A DNA stretch of 64,000 nucleotides from assembly GCA_964035545.1 (NCBI GenBank), contig OZ037767.1, positions 18,878,259 through 18,942,258 of the forward strand, given 5' to 3'. Source of the DNA: Bugula neritina. Taxonomy: Eukaryota; Animalia; Bryozoa. Under the pieces are notes generated by a model. That model was not told the origin of the DNA. It worked only from the letters and a program-made list of their open reading frames with translations, and made no database searches. Below, one piece after another: positions 13,903-26,863 of this stretch (the first letter of the stretch is position 1; each line of letters begins with the position of its first letter). The position numbers and the translations under genes were made by a program.

Positions 13903-16900
13903 GTGTACAGCAGCTGTTTCGGGATTTGTCCCCTCATCAGCACAGAACAGAGTACCATGGCCCACACCTCCGCAATAATAGAAACTTATAGTTTTACCAA
14001 AGCATATTTAAAACGTATGTCAACATAAGCCAGAGAGCTCAGGTGATTCTAGGGGTCACCTAGGAGTCACTTGAGTAAATATGACCTAAGTTACTCCATG
14101 ATTGTAGATTACCTAATTAATATAATTATTACTTTTACTTGAAGGGAACACTGTCCACCATATCAGCTGTGAAAGGGACTTTTTACTTGCAACTTAGATA
14201 TTCAAAAAACGTCCTACATTCAGATACATTTTATACAGCTTGACTTGGCTTATGAAATGGATTTTTGCATCATTTGTTTTGCCTCTAAATAAATATATAA
14301 TTTTGTTTTAGTGAAACCTGTATGTGTTGTGTTTGCAGATCTCGTTCAATGTCAAATAGTTCCATGGCTGACCCACCAAGTAGCACCGAGAATGGAACAC
14401 ACTGTCACACAGAACTCAGTGCTCGTATGCCGGAGGTAGATAAGATAGCCAGGAAGAAGCTGATTGTAGCCAGTGTTCTCTGTCTCCTGTTCACTATTGG
14501 GGAAGCTACAGGTTAGTGTCCTACTTGGAAATCTGCTGTTTCATTCACCGGCAATATTTTATGGTGATCTTGTGGAGTTGTCTTCTTCAATATTACTGTT
14601 GAGCTGCCAGTTTTGTGATGAAGAATTAACATGCTGGTAGTGTGGTTTGAACCATTGCACCACCAAATGATTAGGGGATAAACAAGGTGGTATTGGGGCA
14701 GCTAAACAAGAATTTAAAATAAAATCTATAAATTAGACCAACAGTAGTTACAATTTAACACATAAATTTGAAGTACAATTAAAAAACAAATGTTTTGCTC
14801 TGTTGTGTGTGTACAATAGCTTAAAATTTAAATAGTCAATTTGTGGCAAAGTGACTGGCGTTTGAATTAAAGCAGCCAATAAGAGCTCTTCATGTTCCCT
14901 GAAGCTCTAGAATTTTCAATTTACCTGTTATAGACTGTAAGAAACGTAATCAGGTTTAATAAAATTCTCTCTTCTCAATTTCAAGTTTCATTTTCTCCTT
15001 AGCTGTAGAAATATTATATAATGAGGCAAAACTTTGTAACCAAAGATAAATTAGAGAAAAAATATGCATAAGAACTACTCCAGAAAAAACGAACAAGACA
15101 ACAAAAGTGTCTGAAGTAAAGAATATAAGTATACCAAGCCCATATAAGTTTTTCTTACAAGCACTTCAGTAGCTGATTAGCCCAATGCTGAAGATGCGAA
15201 TACACAGGAGAGTGTAATTTAATCTTGACCAGTGGTTAACCCTTTTATATGTTGAAATTTAATCATCTGGTGCACTTGTATTACAATACAAGTGCACCTT
15301 GACAGTAGTCAATATCAATACAATTTCGAAATTGTTACTATAGACTATAAAATTCTTTCTGCTCAATGAAAATTGTAAAATATCATATTTCTATGGCTGT
15401 TTTGTTTTCACACAATCATATACTTATGGTAATTGAAGACACTTTACTGCGTGTGAGAGAGCTGCTAAAATTTCAGAATTATTCAGTGAATTAAATAGAT
15501 TAGAAAGATTCTGGCAACTCATCTCAGCTAACGATAGTAGCTTCCATTTCATAGGTTATCTAACCAATTAGCTATTCACTACATAGTGAAGTTTCTTTTT
15601 ATTTTGCTGCATTCTAAAGGTTTTAGCCTTGGTTATTAAGAAACAAATCGGTCTGCCTTGAGAAAATGTATTTTAACATCTGTCAAACTTTACTTTACAA
15701 CACTTTTAGTAAATGTTGTTTATGAGTTGCTATAGTAACTAAGAATACATGATTTTTCTCTATTTTTGATGAACACTTTGATTAGTTTTGTAGCTATAGA
15801 TTTGACTTCACACAATAAAAGTTCAGTGAACCCCTGCTGAAGACAAAGCATCAGAATTTTGTTAGAGCTCAAACTACTCATTGTTTGAGTCTTGACATAA
15901 AGACAATTTTACTTTTATTTCCTAACCAATATTTTACATATTATATATTCAACTCATTGAGCACTATAGCGGAATTGGAAGTTTTACTTTCAATCACTGA
16001 GAGGTTTTGAACACATTGGTTAACTAAGTGTTACAGCTTACCATATTGGTGATTGTTTAGATATTTTATTACTCTTGCTCAATACTATATATACGAGTAA
16101 TTCATCATGGCTGACAAAGATAAATTGAGAATTCTGCTGAATAAATTTAGTCATAGTTACTTTGTTGTCTGGAACTTTGTGTATTACATCTTGTGTGAAT
16201 CTAGCCTAATTATTTATGGTTTGTTTTGACAATGACTAAAAATTATAGGAACAGTTTGGTGAAGTTTTCAAATCCAAGAATTGCATGCGTTTATTTTACA
16301 CATCTTTCATGAACTAACACCAAGTTTTAGCTAAAATAAATCACATCTTCAAGTTAGCGTAATTTCCAGTGACTAAGTTTTTGCATAATAATTTTATTTT
16401 TAGTATAAATAAGGTAACTTTGTAAAATGTCCATTTTAGTTATGCCTAGGTTTTACATGCAGGTTGAGAGCTGTGCCTATAACCATGCTGGAACAATTTA
16501 AATTTTATGCAAACATGTCTTGAATTGATTTGGGATTTCTGAAGTTCTAAGTTTAAGGTTTCAAGGCAGCTATGTGTTGCAACAGCTAAAAGTTCGCCAA
16601 GAGTCCTATTACTTTTATAATACTGGACTTTGAAGTAAAATGGAAACATTATTAACAAGCTATCAGAAATCCCCAATCAATTAAAGACATATTTGCATAA
16701 AATTTATTATAAAACAAAGTTGTTTGAGCATACAGCCCTCAGACAGTCTGCAGATGATAGCTAATATTTATATGAATATTTTAATAGGGGTAATGGGGGG
16801 GGGGGGCACAACGGTCATAGGGGTACAAAAAGCCGGCCAAATTGTGAGAGAACCTATTGACTTAGAGTTGTGATTTTTTTTTCATAAAAAGATATTGACA

Positions 16901-18256
16901 TAATTATTCAGCCTCTGTAGTTTCAACACTTGCGGAATTTTCGTGTTGAAAAGGCGAGTAAAAAACTGTTTTTACCTACTTTTTGTAAATTTCTTAGGAT
17001 GTCATTGAAGCCTTATAACTTTTTACACTCAAATGCAAGAAGCCTAAATTTTATTAATATTGTTGCCATTGCTTGTCTCTGCAATGCTTAACTAGTATAA
17101 CAGCAAACACTGGAATAAATTTTTGTTGAGGCACATTTATTTTCTATTTGGCCACACGGGGCACAATGGGCCACGCTGACCGGGGCACAATGGGCCACCT
17201 GATTATTGCACCCTGATCACTGTTATTAGTTTGTTTGCCCAAAAAGTTGGTTGAACTGTTACTAAAATTTATAAATATAGCCATTTCTGACCTTTTTGTA
17301 AAATATCAAAGACATCATGGTAAGACTACAAAACTACAAGTTGAAGCTCCCCTAATACATACATCTGGTAAGGTTAAAGCTTTGCCATTTTATACATAAT
17401 ACAAAACACTCTGCTGTTGCTACTAGTAGATAGTCATGATAATCATTATATATTACACCATTGAGGGAATATACATGCATTTGACTGAAATAAATTGTGA
17501 TTTGCTAATTTGCTCCCCCCTCTCCCTTTCGTACTCCAGTCACAAACCTCAGCCATGATGCACCTTAGCTACAGTTCATGGAAAAAAGTTCACTCAGAAT
17601 TTTTTAGTACATTTTAGTAAATTTTTTTTTAATAAACGTTGCTCTGAAGTGAAAATAACAAAACATTTTTAGTTTTAATCAGTAGTGATAATGGCACTGC
17701 AAAACTGAATGACGTGCGTTTGATTTTGCCTTCCTCTGCTATCTGTAGTGGAACAAACTGTACAGCTAAAACATGAATTTTGCTGTAGATCTGAAAGAGT
17801 ATCTTTATTTATTTGTATTATTAAATAAATAAAGATCAGATATAACAAAATATGCAAAATTTCAATATATTTGTTGCGTTCCACCCAGTGGCCCATTGTA
17901 CCCCGGTACCGGGGCACAATGGGCCAATTTTTTCGTCATGAAAATTTCATTATTCTGAAAGTTGTGAAAGAGATAGAAACAACAAACTGGTACCTGTAAT
18001 AGACAACAGATGTAGCATTAAGACTAGAGATTATTGAACTAGTAACTTGAAAAACAGACGAATGAGAGCAACAAATGCAAAATTCGGCCCGTTGTGCCCC
18101 CCCCCCCCCCCCCCGTTACCCCTACTGCATAAACAAGGTGTGTCAGGGATTCTTTAATATGTATGTGTGCTTCACCGCTAGCCCCAGTCTGGTGGTACAC
18201 TGTTGTAGTCTGAGTAATATACTTACTAGAGTAGCGTCAATGACTGGCATTAGCTT

Positions 18257-18288
<32 letters not shown>

Positions 18289-21200
18289 ATAAATATATGT
18301 ATGTATATAGAATTTTTTTTTAAAAACTTTATTAATGAAAAAATTGAAAGCTTATACATTAAAAAGAACAAAAGCAGCCATGTTTTCCATTTATGCTCAT
18401 GTAAACTAACTGCGCATGCAGATAAGTGGCATAATAAAGATGCCTCAGTGGCGAAAGTCAAAAGTGCCATTGGCATTATTCTTCAACCCTTTGGTTGTAG
18501 TTTGTCGTATATGTCTATACAACTATGCCCTATGGCTACCTGAGATACAGTGTTTCATGTATTTATGGTTGCATTATATTACTATAATATACTGGCTTCT
18601 TTTGTGTAGGAGGTATATTAGCTGGCAGTCTAGCAGTTGCTACGGACTCGGCACACATGTTGACAGACTTCACTAGTTTCATGATCAGCTTGCTCGCCAT
18701 TCACCTGGCGTCCCGGCCTGCCACCACCAACCTCAGCTTCGGCTGGCATCGTGCAGGTATTGCATCACTTCCTGTAATATACTATACTATCTCTGTATTA
18801 TACTATCTCTGTATTCTACTACATGTATTATACTATATGTATTATACAATTTGTATTATACTTATATATGTATCATATTTTAGAAGATTAAAGTGTCATG
18901 ACACGTACTTTTAAAAAGAATTAAAGATTATTTTTAAAAAAAATACAAATTTATTGTCAGCATCATTCCACAAAGTGACACGACTTGGGTTATTAAGTAG
19001 GAAAAAAGTTTTTGTTTACCACAAAATAAATATATTAGTCTTGGCTAAATCTTCCCAAGTTTCTGTTAGGAATTACAACAGAGCAGTTTTCTTTCAATTG
19101 TAACTTTCTATCAAGCATAAAATAGTTATAAAATTTTCCTGCTTCACATTATGTTGAAATCTTCCAGAAATCATAGGAGCCCTGGTGTCGGTGCAGCTGA
19201 TCTGGGTGGTGACAGGAGTTCTGGTGTACATGGCTGTCCAGAGAGTCATCAACCAGGATTACAAGATTGACGCTGTCCCTATGATAGCCACAGCTGGTGC
19301 TGCCGTCTTTGTAAACATTATGTAAGTGTCTGATGCTGCCAGATAGCTTCACCTGCGACCTTTAATCAACATTGAATTTGCACACAGGTCAATGTTATTC
19401 ACAACCCTTGTAGCTGAAAAGCTTTACTGTACATAACAAGTAAACATAAAATTCATTTTGTTAAAAAGAGAGAATCATAGTGACAGTGGTGGATTAGCTG
19501 GTGAAACTAAAATTAGTATCAAAAAATAAAAAAATAGCCCCCCATTTAGTTCAACTTTGAATGTTATAATCTCTTTCGTATTGTAGAATAGCAACACTGT
19601 TAATTTGCGTTTATACCTTCACGATTTCAGTCAGAAATTCAATTTGGCGGGGTTGAAATTTCTCGGAGATGCATTGCATTGTAAAAGCCACTCGTAAAAA
19701 TTTTTGTACTCTGATAACTTAACCGGTCGAGTTCAGAATTAATACTCAAAAGGAGTAATAACTCCTTGTAAACATCGTTATTTAATTATGACTTTGTCGA
19801 TTAGATGACATACTTATATGTTAATAATTATCTCGCCTACGCCTTCTCAATTATTGCTTTTATACTGTCAGCCTTACTAATTCATGATGTTTTCAAAAGG
19901 CATCAAATAGCGATTACGCTAGTCAGATTTCACTTTTAGAAAGTGAGCTTCCGCATCAATTTGATTTCACCGAGTTTCAGTTTGACTATAAATAGGTACT
20001 CGGACGAGTGTTATTAACTGAAACTTGGCACTTTTTTCAGCAGAGGTATAAACGCAACTTTAGTGTATAATAATAGTAAATAATTTTCTTGTTGTAAATT
20101 TATGTAATTCTTATTGTACGCACGACATATATATGTATAGATATAATATTAGTATAAAATTTTAATAATTTCATAAAAATAATTGATTTTAGCTAGTAAC
20201 TATTCAGAATTACTGTTTCTTAACAAACTGTCTCGTTTTCCATATCGCCATTTTCCAGCCAGAGTTTTTATACTTGATTTTTGTGCTGATATTCAAATAG
20301 AATTGTTGAGGCAGCAGCTGTTAGTGTCTAAATCTATTCATGAGTATTCAGTCAGCTTTCTTCTGAGTCAGATTCTCTTGTCTCTCAGTTTAGGTATGAC
20401 TCTACACGGGGTCGGAGGTCACAATCACTCTCACTTCGGCGGAGGTCATTCGCACAGTAAAAAAGACGAGGACGTGTCTAGTGAGAACCCTCTACTAGAA
20501 GATGTGGAAAGGAACTCGGCTACTTACGGTGCTACATCATCCAATGAGAGCGGTTAGTCTTAAGTGTATGTGCATCTGATTGGTCAAATATTCTTCTAGC
20601 TGACCCCAATTTTGACTTCTCTGTCATACAGTTGATTTGAGATTCACCTAATGAAAGCTACATTGGAAGTTGTATGCTATATTTTAGAAGGGAGTGCAAT
20701 ATGTGTGGTTAACCCTTCATTCACACTTTGCGGTATCGTACGCCATAACGTAATATATCAGCCATTTTTTCACAAAAGTCTGAGGTTCCTGTACGGTGCT
20801 ACGGTACGTTAGGGTCAAGCACTGCTTGATTCAAATAAGTTGCGTCGGGCTCCTATTAGACAGAAAACTTTTGCATTAGCTCATATAACTGTCCAATGAA
20901 GTGTCACAAATCGTACCTAATAGGGGAATTTAAAAACTTCAGCTCGGACACATTAAATATGGCCGACATTTTATGAGGGGCAAGTCAAACAGGTGAAAAC
21001 ACAGAAAATGAAAAATATTTATTTTACTTTCAAAGAAAATATAAATTACATGAATGCACCTACAATATGCATAGTTATACATACACCAATGTAATGCAGA
21101 CATGCAACTTCTAACATGCAGAACTTTTCTAAATCAGTGTAACTGTGTGGTGCCACAGCTTCTGCAATCAACAAAGCCTCTGTGGCTTGTTTATCCAGTA

Positions 21201-24200
21201 AAATAAAGCTTCATAACATTGCAGTCCCCTACCAAACTGCCATTCTCAAACTTTAAGTTTCTTTTCTTGCCCCATAAACTGTGGCCGGTAGAAACATTTG
21301 ATTAAACTTCTTTCTGTACTAATCATTGCAGTTTATCTAAATGTTAGTTTCCTTGATAACAGCAACTCTGTCGTAGCATGTCCAACACTGAACCTGAGCA
21401 TTTAACCTAAAATAAGAAAAACTCCATCTAGTCAGGTTTAAATATTCTAAAATTAGGCTATAACTTTTGTCTTTTCTCTGCAATGCCATCCACTGCTTCC
21501 ATTGCTTTGAATGATGCTAAGGGATGCTCATAGGGTGAACTTGTAGTTGTGGTTTCATTCAATGCTACTGTGTCCAAACATAGCACCAAACATTCATTCG
21601 AATAATGCAAAGCTGGAAACGTAGTGATTATGTCTATTTACTTGTCACAAACCTGAGGGTCAGTATAAACACTTTTGTCCCCTACCCTGGGATTCAAACC
21701 TCCAACTTCTGACTTGCAAGCCATTGCACTATAGAAACTACTGGGGAATCTTAACACTACAGGCCGCATATTTATAGGTGAGTCACAGAAAAGTAAAAAT
21801 GCTGACATAATTCCATGTACCAATACAATACCAAAGGGTCATATTGGGAGAAGCGTTGTAACACAATCACATAAGGATGTAATGCCTGCATGTAGAGTAT
21901 TTATAAAGTACATCTATATATTATGAATAACTTTCAATTCGGTCAGAACATTATGTTGTGTGTTGCAGAATTTTCAGAGGCTTACAATACTTATACAGCA
22001 CATAGTTTTTTACAGAAAAATTCCGGTAATTTTCTTAAACTATTTCTCTTGAAAAATTAACAGAAGCAAGTTGGCCACGTTTAGCTCACAATGACCAAAC
22101 TATGGCCAGCCCTGTTCCAGAGTGTAGGTGAAATCAGTGGTTTTATTTTTTGCAATTAAGCAGTACCTGGTGGCTAGACACTGTCAAACAATTCATCATT
22201 AATTGCTTCTTTCTCTGAATGACACTCTGTTTGCATGCAGCAACAGAGTCTCCCTGGGTTCTTTCACCATCCCGTTGGCAGTACACCAAGTTGTCAAAAA
22301 GCCTCAAATTAGTTTTTATGGCTCTAAAGCTGGAGTTAATTGAGTACCAAAGACCATTTTAAAATTAAAATCACTGATTTATTTTACCAGAAAGTTGATT
22401 TTTCACCTACAGTATTATTTATAAGTTCAATAAATTATTACTTTGACTTAGTTGCAGTTTTCAAATGTACTCTGAGAGTAGGCTACTTTCTAATGCCAAA
22501 GCATTTGTGATTTACTGCCAATATGAAAGAAAAAGTGATGTGATATAATTTTCGACACTTCCAAGTTGTGATATACTTCTAAAAAAATTATCGAAAATAA
22601 ATATTTTGCTAGCTAATAAATTCTGTTCCCATGGCTACTCAAACTTAAGTATGCACATAAACCCCTTTGACACTATATATTTTTGTGATAACTGTCAACT
22701 TTATTTGAAAGCCATCAACAAATTATTATAATTTATTTATACCATAGAAGGAGAAGTTTGGACCATATGATGTGCAATTTCTATTCTCTCTACGATTTGC
22801 AGTGACTTCACAACACCAGACAGATTATTTACTAGCTGAAATCCGGTAGTTGGCATATCATGTGACCACAATCATTCGTGAAATATTTTGGTGACAGTTT
22901 TCAATTTTTTTTCTTTTGTGCCAGAAAAACCATAAAAATCTTTCAGATTAATTTATAAAAGTTACTAGAAAAGTTAAAAGTAGCTTGTAGTTCATAATAA
23001 ATACTGCATGTTTATATAATATTATATATCAATCTCATGGCTATTAAAAACGTTCTAGCTCATTGTTCTGGTTAGTAACTAGTAAACTTTCATCATCTCG
23101 GGGCCTCAACTCAACAGCCTATCCTAGGTTTTACCTAATTTCTTTTGCAACTTTTTACATGCAGTTTGTTATCTTAAAACAAAATAAACCTTTGAACTGA
23201 AGAACTTCAAATGCATTTGGTGAACATAACAGAATTGGCTTAGCAAAGTTTTGTAATGTTGATTTTGGGTAAATTTTACTCATGCTTTGCAGTAAAACAC
23301 AGGCTTGTAGAGAAATTGCTAGAAGTTGGATTTTGCTTTATTGCAATATAAAGTTCGCTGGAAGGTATCTTTTAGTTTGTAGTAATCAGAGCTCTTGTAT
23401 ATTTTGGTAATGTGAAGTTTTCTTCCCATTGCCCTCATGATTTTTTTTCAGAAAATGCAACTCTAAATAAGCACATTCACCTTGTGGTGGGATTTTCTTA
23501 TTGTTATTCATTTTGCTTCTTTTAGAGAACACAAGCACTGCCATTTTAAAAATCTATAAAGTTTTCAAGTATCTTTATACTATAAAAATGGAGGACAGTG
23601 TTAGTGAATATGACATCTGTTACACTTGTAGGTTGTTTCTGCAAGTCTATTTTCTAGAGTATAAGAGTAGAGCTACCACCTAGAGGTGCACCAATACATT
23701 AGCTCTTTGTGTGATAAGTTTAATATTTTAGCAGAAGATGCTAATCATGGACACTCCCATAGCAAAGAAAACCTGAATGTTAGGGCTGCGCTGATACACG
23801 TTATCGGTGATTTGATACAGAGCATAGGAGTTCTGGTGGCTGCAATAATAATATACTTCAAGGTGCGTGTTACTCAAAGAATCTACCAATCAAATTGCTG
23901 CTTGCTAGAAACCTGCCAATTATGTTGCTGCTTCTATAAGAACCTGTCAGTAAAACTATGGCTCAGCAAAGAATGACAACTTTTATAAGTCAGAAACTGA
24001 GCTTGGTGTAGCTGTCAAACGCAAGCCATAAAATATTTACCGTGCAGATTGACTTGTATCTGGAACAGTGTAAATTGACATTGTGTTTCTAAGCTTTACC
24101 TGTATTGTAGATAGCTTCATTTATTCATTAAAATTATCTCATTATTTTCGTCTTGTAGCCGGAATGGAAAATAGCAGATCCAATTTGTACATTTATCTTC

Positions 24201-25179
24201 TCCGTATTAGTCCTAATATCAACACTGAATATACTCAAAGATGCTATTCGAGTTTTAATGGAAGGTAAGTCGCTATCTTTGTTATACTCTTTGGTGTTAC
24301 TTGGTGAAAACCTATGCTGTCAATCATAGCTTAATACATTTTTTCTGACTCATAATAGTGTTCTATGTTGTGGCTTATGCTGGCCATTCAATGAAATATT
24401 CTCATTTTTTCTGCCTATATGTATACATGCCCAGGCGTGCCCATTCAGTTACAAGCTTGCAGTGGCACATTAGTTACATTCATTATCTAAATATCATAAG
24501 AAGTCCTGATTAATGATCAGCTAAATGCATTTTGGGAGTTGTGTGTCCATGAAGTTTGTTGTCATAAAGACATGCTTCAACTAATCAATGCCTGCTGATT
24601 AGTCCATCTCCCATTACTCTAACTCATTCTCTAACTCGCATACGAATTCATTGCTTCGCTCATGCAATCTCTCACTCATTCATTCGCTTTTCTAAAGTCA
24701 TTTCCATTAGAATTATTTTGGCATTTATTATTTTAATAAATTGAGATGAATTCTTATTGATTCTGCAGCAACCCCAAGGCACATTGAATATAAAGTGATG
24801 AAAGACCTGCTAACTTCAGTTAAGGGGGTGAAATACGTCCATAACCTACGGATATGGTCCCTCACTACCTCCAAGTTCACCATGTCTGTGCATTTGGCAG
24901 TGGGTAAGTGAAGTTGTGTGCTCTCGCTTAGCCTTAACATAAAAACTGTGAGAAATGAATAAATTTGAAATATTTTTTTTGCTTTTTCTGCTAATTTGTT
25001 ATGAAAAACAACTAACAATCTAAATTTCAGATAACATCTCCCGGTCCCAAGAAATCCTGCAGGAGGCATCACAGCTGTTGTGGAAAAAATTTGACATTCA
25101 AGATTCGACCATACAGATTGAAAGCTACGCCTCGGAGATGGATGATTGCGACCACTGTCAGGATCCAGTTGATGACTAG
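8768..25179 (+). CDS. CDF-family zinc transporter, ZnT2/ZnT3/ZnT8 (SLC30A2-like) type, 9 coding exons, about 408 aa
   Basis: Exons 8768-8835, 14339-14511, 18610-18756, 19168-19321, 20389-20552, 23732(or 23735)-23862, 24159-24264, 24769-24903, 25031-25179, all GT-AG with matching phases (1227 nt). Motifs: N-terminal [20 protein letters not shown]2 DSAHMLTD (HxxxD), SFGWHRAEIIGA, His-rich loop, TM5 [39 protein letters not shown]-terminal CDHCQDP. Confidence 0.95.
11960..12215. repeat. Degenerate TA/CA/TG alternating purine-pyrimidine repeat
   Basis: ATATACATATGTATGC-type units; source of several spurious ORFs. Confidence 0.9.
13093..13640. mobile_element. Non-autonomous DNA transposon (MITE) with CAC...GTG ends, CMC/EnSpm-like
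   Basis: About 26-bp TIRs CACGGGCTTTCCATGGATTGATCTCA / TGAGATCGATCCATGGAAAGCCGGTG, AT on both flanks (2-bp TSD), repeated subterminal GATC(G/A)ATCT motifs. The superfamily assignment is inferred from termini only. Confidence 0.75.
13900..13946 (-). ncRNA. Minimal type I hammerhead ribozyme motif (Penelope/retrozyme-like)
   Basis: Minus strand reads UCUGUG-CUGAUGA-GGGG(ACAAA)UCCC-GAAA-CAG(CUG)CUG-UA/CACAGA: complete core, stems I-III and a GUA cleavage triplet; abuts a (TA)n tract. Confidence 0.8.
16785..18124. mobile_element. Non-autonomous TIR DNA transposon (Tc1/mariner, pogo/Fot1-like), copy 1
   Basis: TIR TAGGGGTAA-G(n)-CACAACGG / CCGTTGTG-C(n)-GTTACCCCTA; internal GGGGCACAATGGGCCA motifs; colinear second copy at 47110-48390; no transposase ORF. 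Confidence 0.88.
21110..21410 (-). pseudogene. Decayed hAT (Charlie/SPIN, GTF2IRD2-like) transposase fragment
   Basis: Minus-strand translation with stops and frameshifts gives [18 protein letters not shown] and KQATEA..IAEAV...[12 protein letters not shown], resembling from memory the SPIN/Buster N-terminal zinc finger and the following ATEASF..A..KPFTDGEF.K.CML block. Confidence 0.5.
21680..21735 (-). mobile_element. tRNA-derived SINE head fragment
   Basis: Minus strand ...GGCTTGCAAGTCAGAAGTTGGAGGTTTGAATCCCAGGG contains a B-box-like GGTTTGAATCC and a tRNA-like 3' half. Confidence 0.4.
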
Positions 25180-26863
25180 GGGTTTAGATTGCTGCCAAGG
25201 TGCTGTTAGAAAGCATTTCTTATCCTAGAATGTTTTATTTGATTTGGAACTTTGCTAAAATAATGCATAGTATATTTGGCAACTCATCACAGTGCAATGC
25301 AATTTACTTCTTTTAATCAGTGCATATATTTGTATAGTTTCATATTTTGTTTATCTTTGTAAGCTTGTAAGTTTAATTAAGCATCTTCAGCTCAAACTCT
25401 ATCTTTATCCCATATGTTTTGGTGATATAATGTTATGTTATTTCATTTCTCATGTAATATAAAGCCTATTTGAACAATCCAGCTTATCATAAATTGAATT
25501 CATTGTACACCACATCCTACTACTGTATTGTATTATTAAATACAAGACGTATAATCTGAGGTCAACATTCATAAGATTATTCTACACGGTTTCAAAATGC
25601 TCAGTCAATAATCTTGTTTAAACAGTTTTGAATCTGTTCAATTCGGACTTCTTTCAAAGATTTACAGAAAACATTAAAACTAAAAGTATGCAATTATTTT
25701 AAGACTAAAGAAAACTGTTTTTATTTCTATCTGCAAAAACAATCTAATTTGTTACTCAAAAAATATGCAGCTTCTAGAAGTTTGGTAACTTTATTAGAAA
25801 TATTTACTTGTAGTTATTTTCTCATCATTGGTCTCGATAGGCCTTCTCCTCGAGCACCAGCTGTGTTATAGTGACAATAATAACTGCACAGCTTACATTT
25901 GTGTTTTACCTCAAAAACTAGCGCCAACTATTCTTAGAGTTCACCTGTTTGTTCAGCTACTAGCAGCTCTGATTTGCTAATTTGCTAGTCAAGTTTACTG
26001 TGTCAGCTGACATGGTCAGCAATAAGATCCTCCCAAGATATGGTGTCAAGTCCTTTCGTGTCTCCGTTAGTCTTATTCCTGGATGACCAAGTTGTCTTTT
26101 TAAATGCTGTCATAAGATTATGACGTCTGATGGACATAGTCTAACCACCATACTCATGGCATAAATGTTGCACAGGCTCTAAATATGTAGTGGTAACAGA
26201 AAAGTGCACACGCTGGCTAGGTTAGCTCAAGAAAGAACTTCCGTGTTGATAATTTTGTCTTGTGAAGAGATCTCTTGTGTTCACGTAAGCTTTTAAGAAA
26301 AAGACTATTTCGAAATAGCTACGGGCTCAATTACTCTACTCAGCCATCTTTGTCTTCACTGTCAGTTTCGGTGGTCTAATGCTCCAATCATTAAAGGACA
26401 GGCTATAGCTGATGGTAGTTTCTATAGTGTATAATAGCCTGTTGAACTTTAAATCTGTAGCCATTGTATTTGTTGGCAGTAACAATGTGTTTTACATTAA
26501 ATAGTTGGCATTCAATTAAAACCATTTCTTGATATAACAAGGCAATCATATTTTTATTTCTCTCAGTGTAAACTGATTTTATTTAATGGGAATTTTAATT
26601 GTTTATTTCAAAATCTGGAAGGCAATAATTTGAATGTCTGCATTATTGACATACCTCAATATATGTAATATTGAAATTCTGATGATGTCATACATATTAT
26701 GGCAGCTTGCCAATAATTGCTGCTAACTACAAAATAATATTGATTATAAAATATTACGTTATTATTCAATATGGATAATGCATTGCATGTGCTGAGCACT
26801 GGAATAAATTGAAATATCTGAGTAGCTGTAAATCAGCTGGTCTGAGCATAGCCTGTAGCATTT

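Noticed and set aside
20709-20818. piggyBac-like TTAA-CCCT...AGGG-TCAA miniature element
   Set aside because: TIR similarity covers only about 4 bp and the TSD is imperfect.
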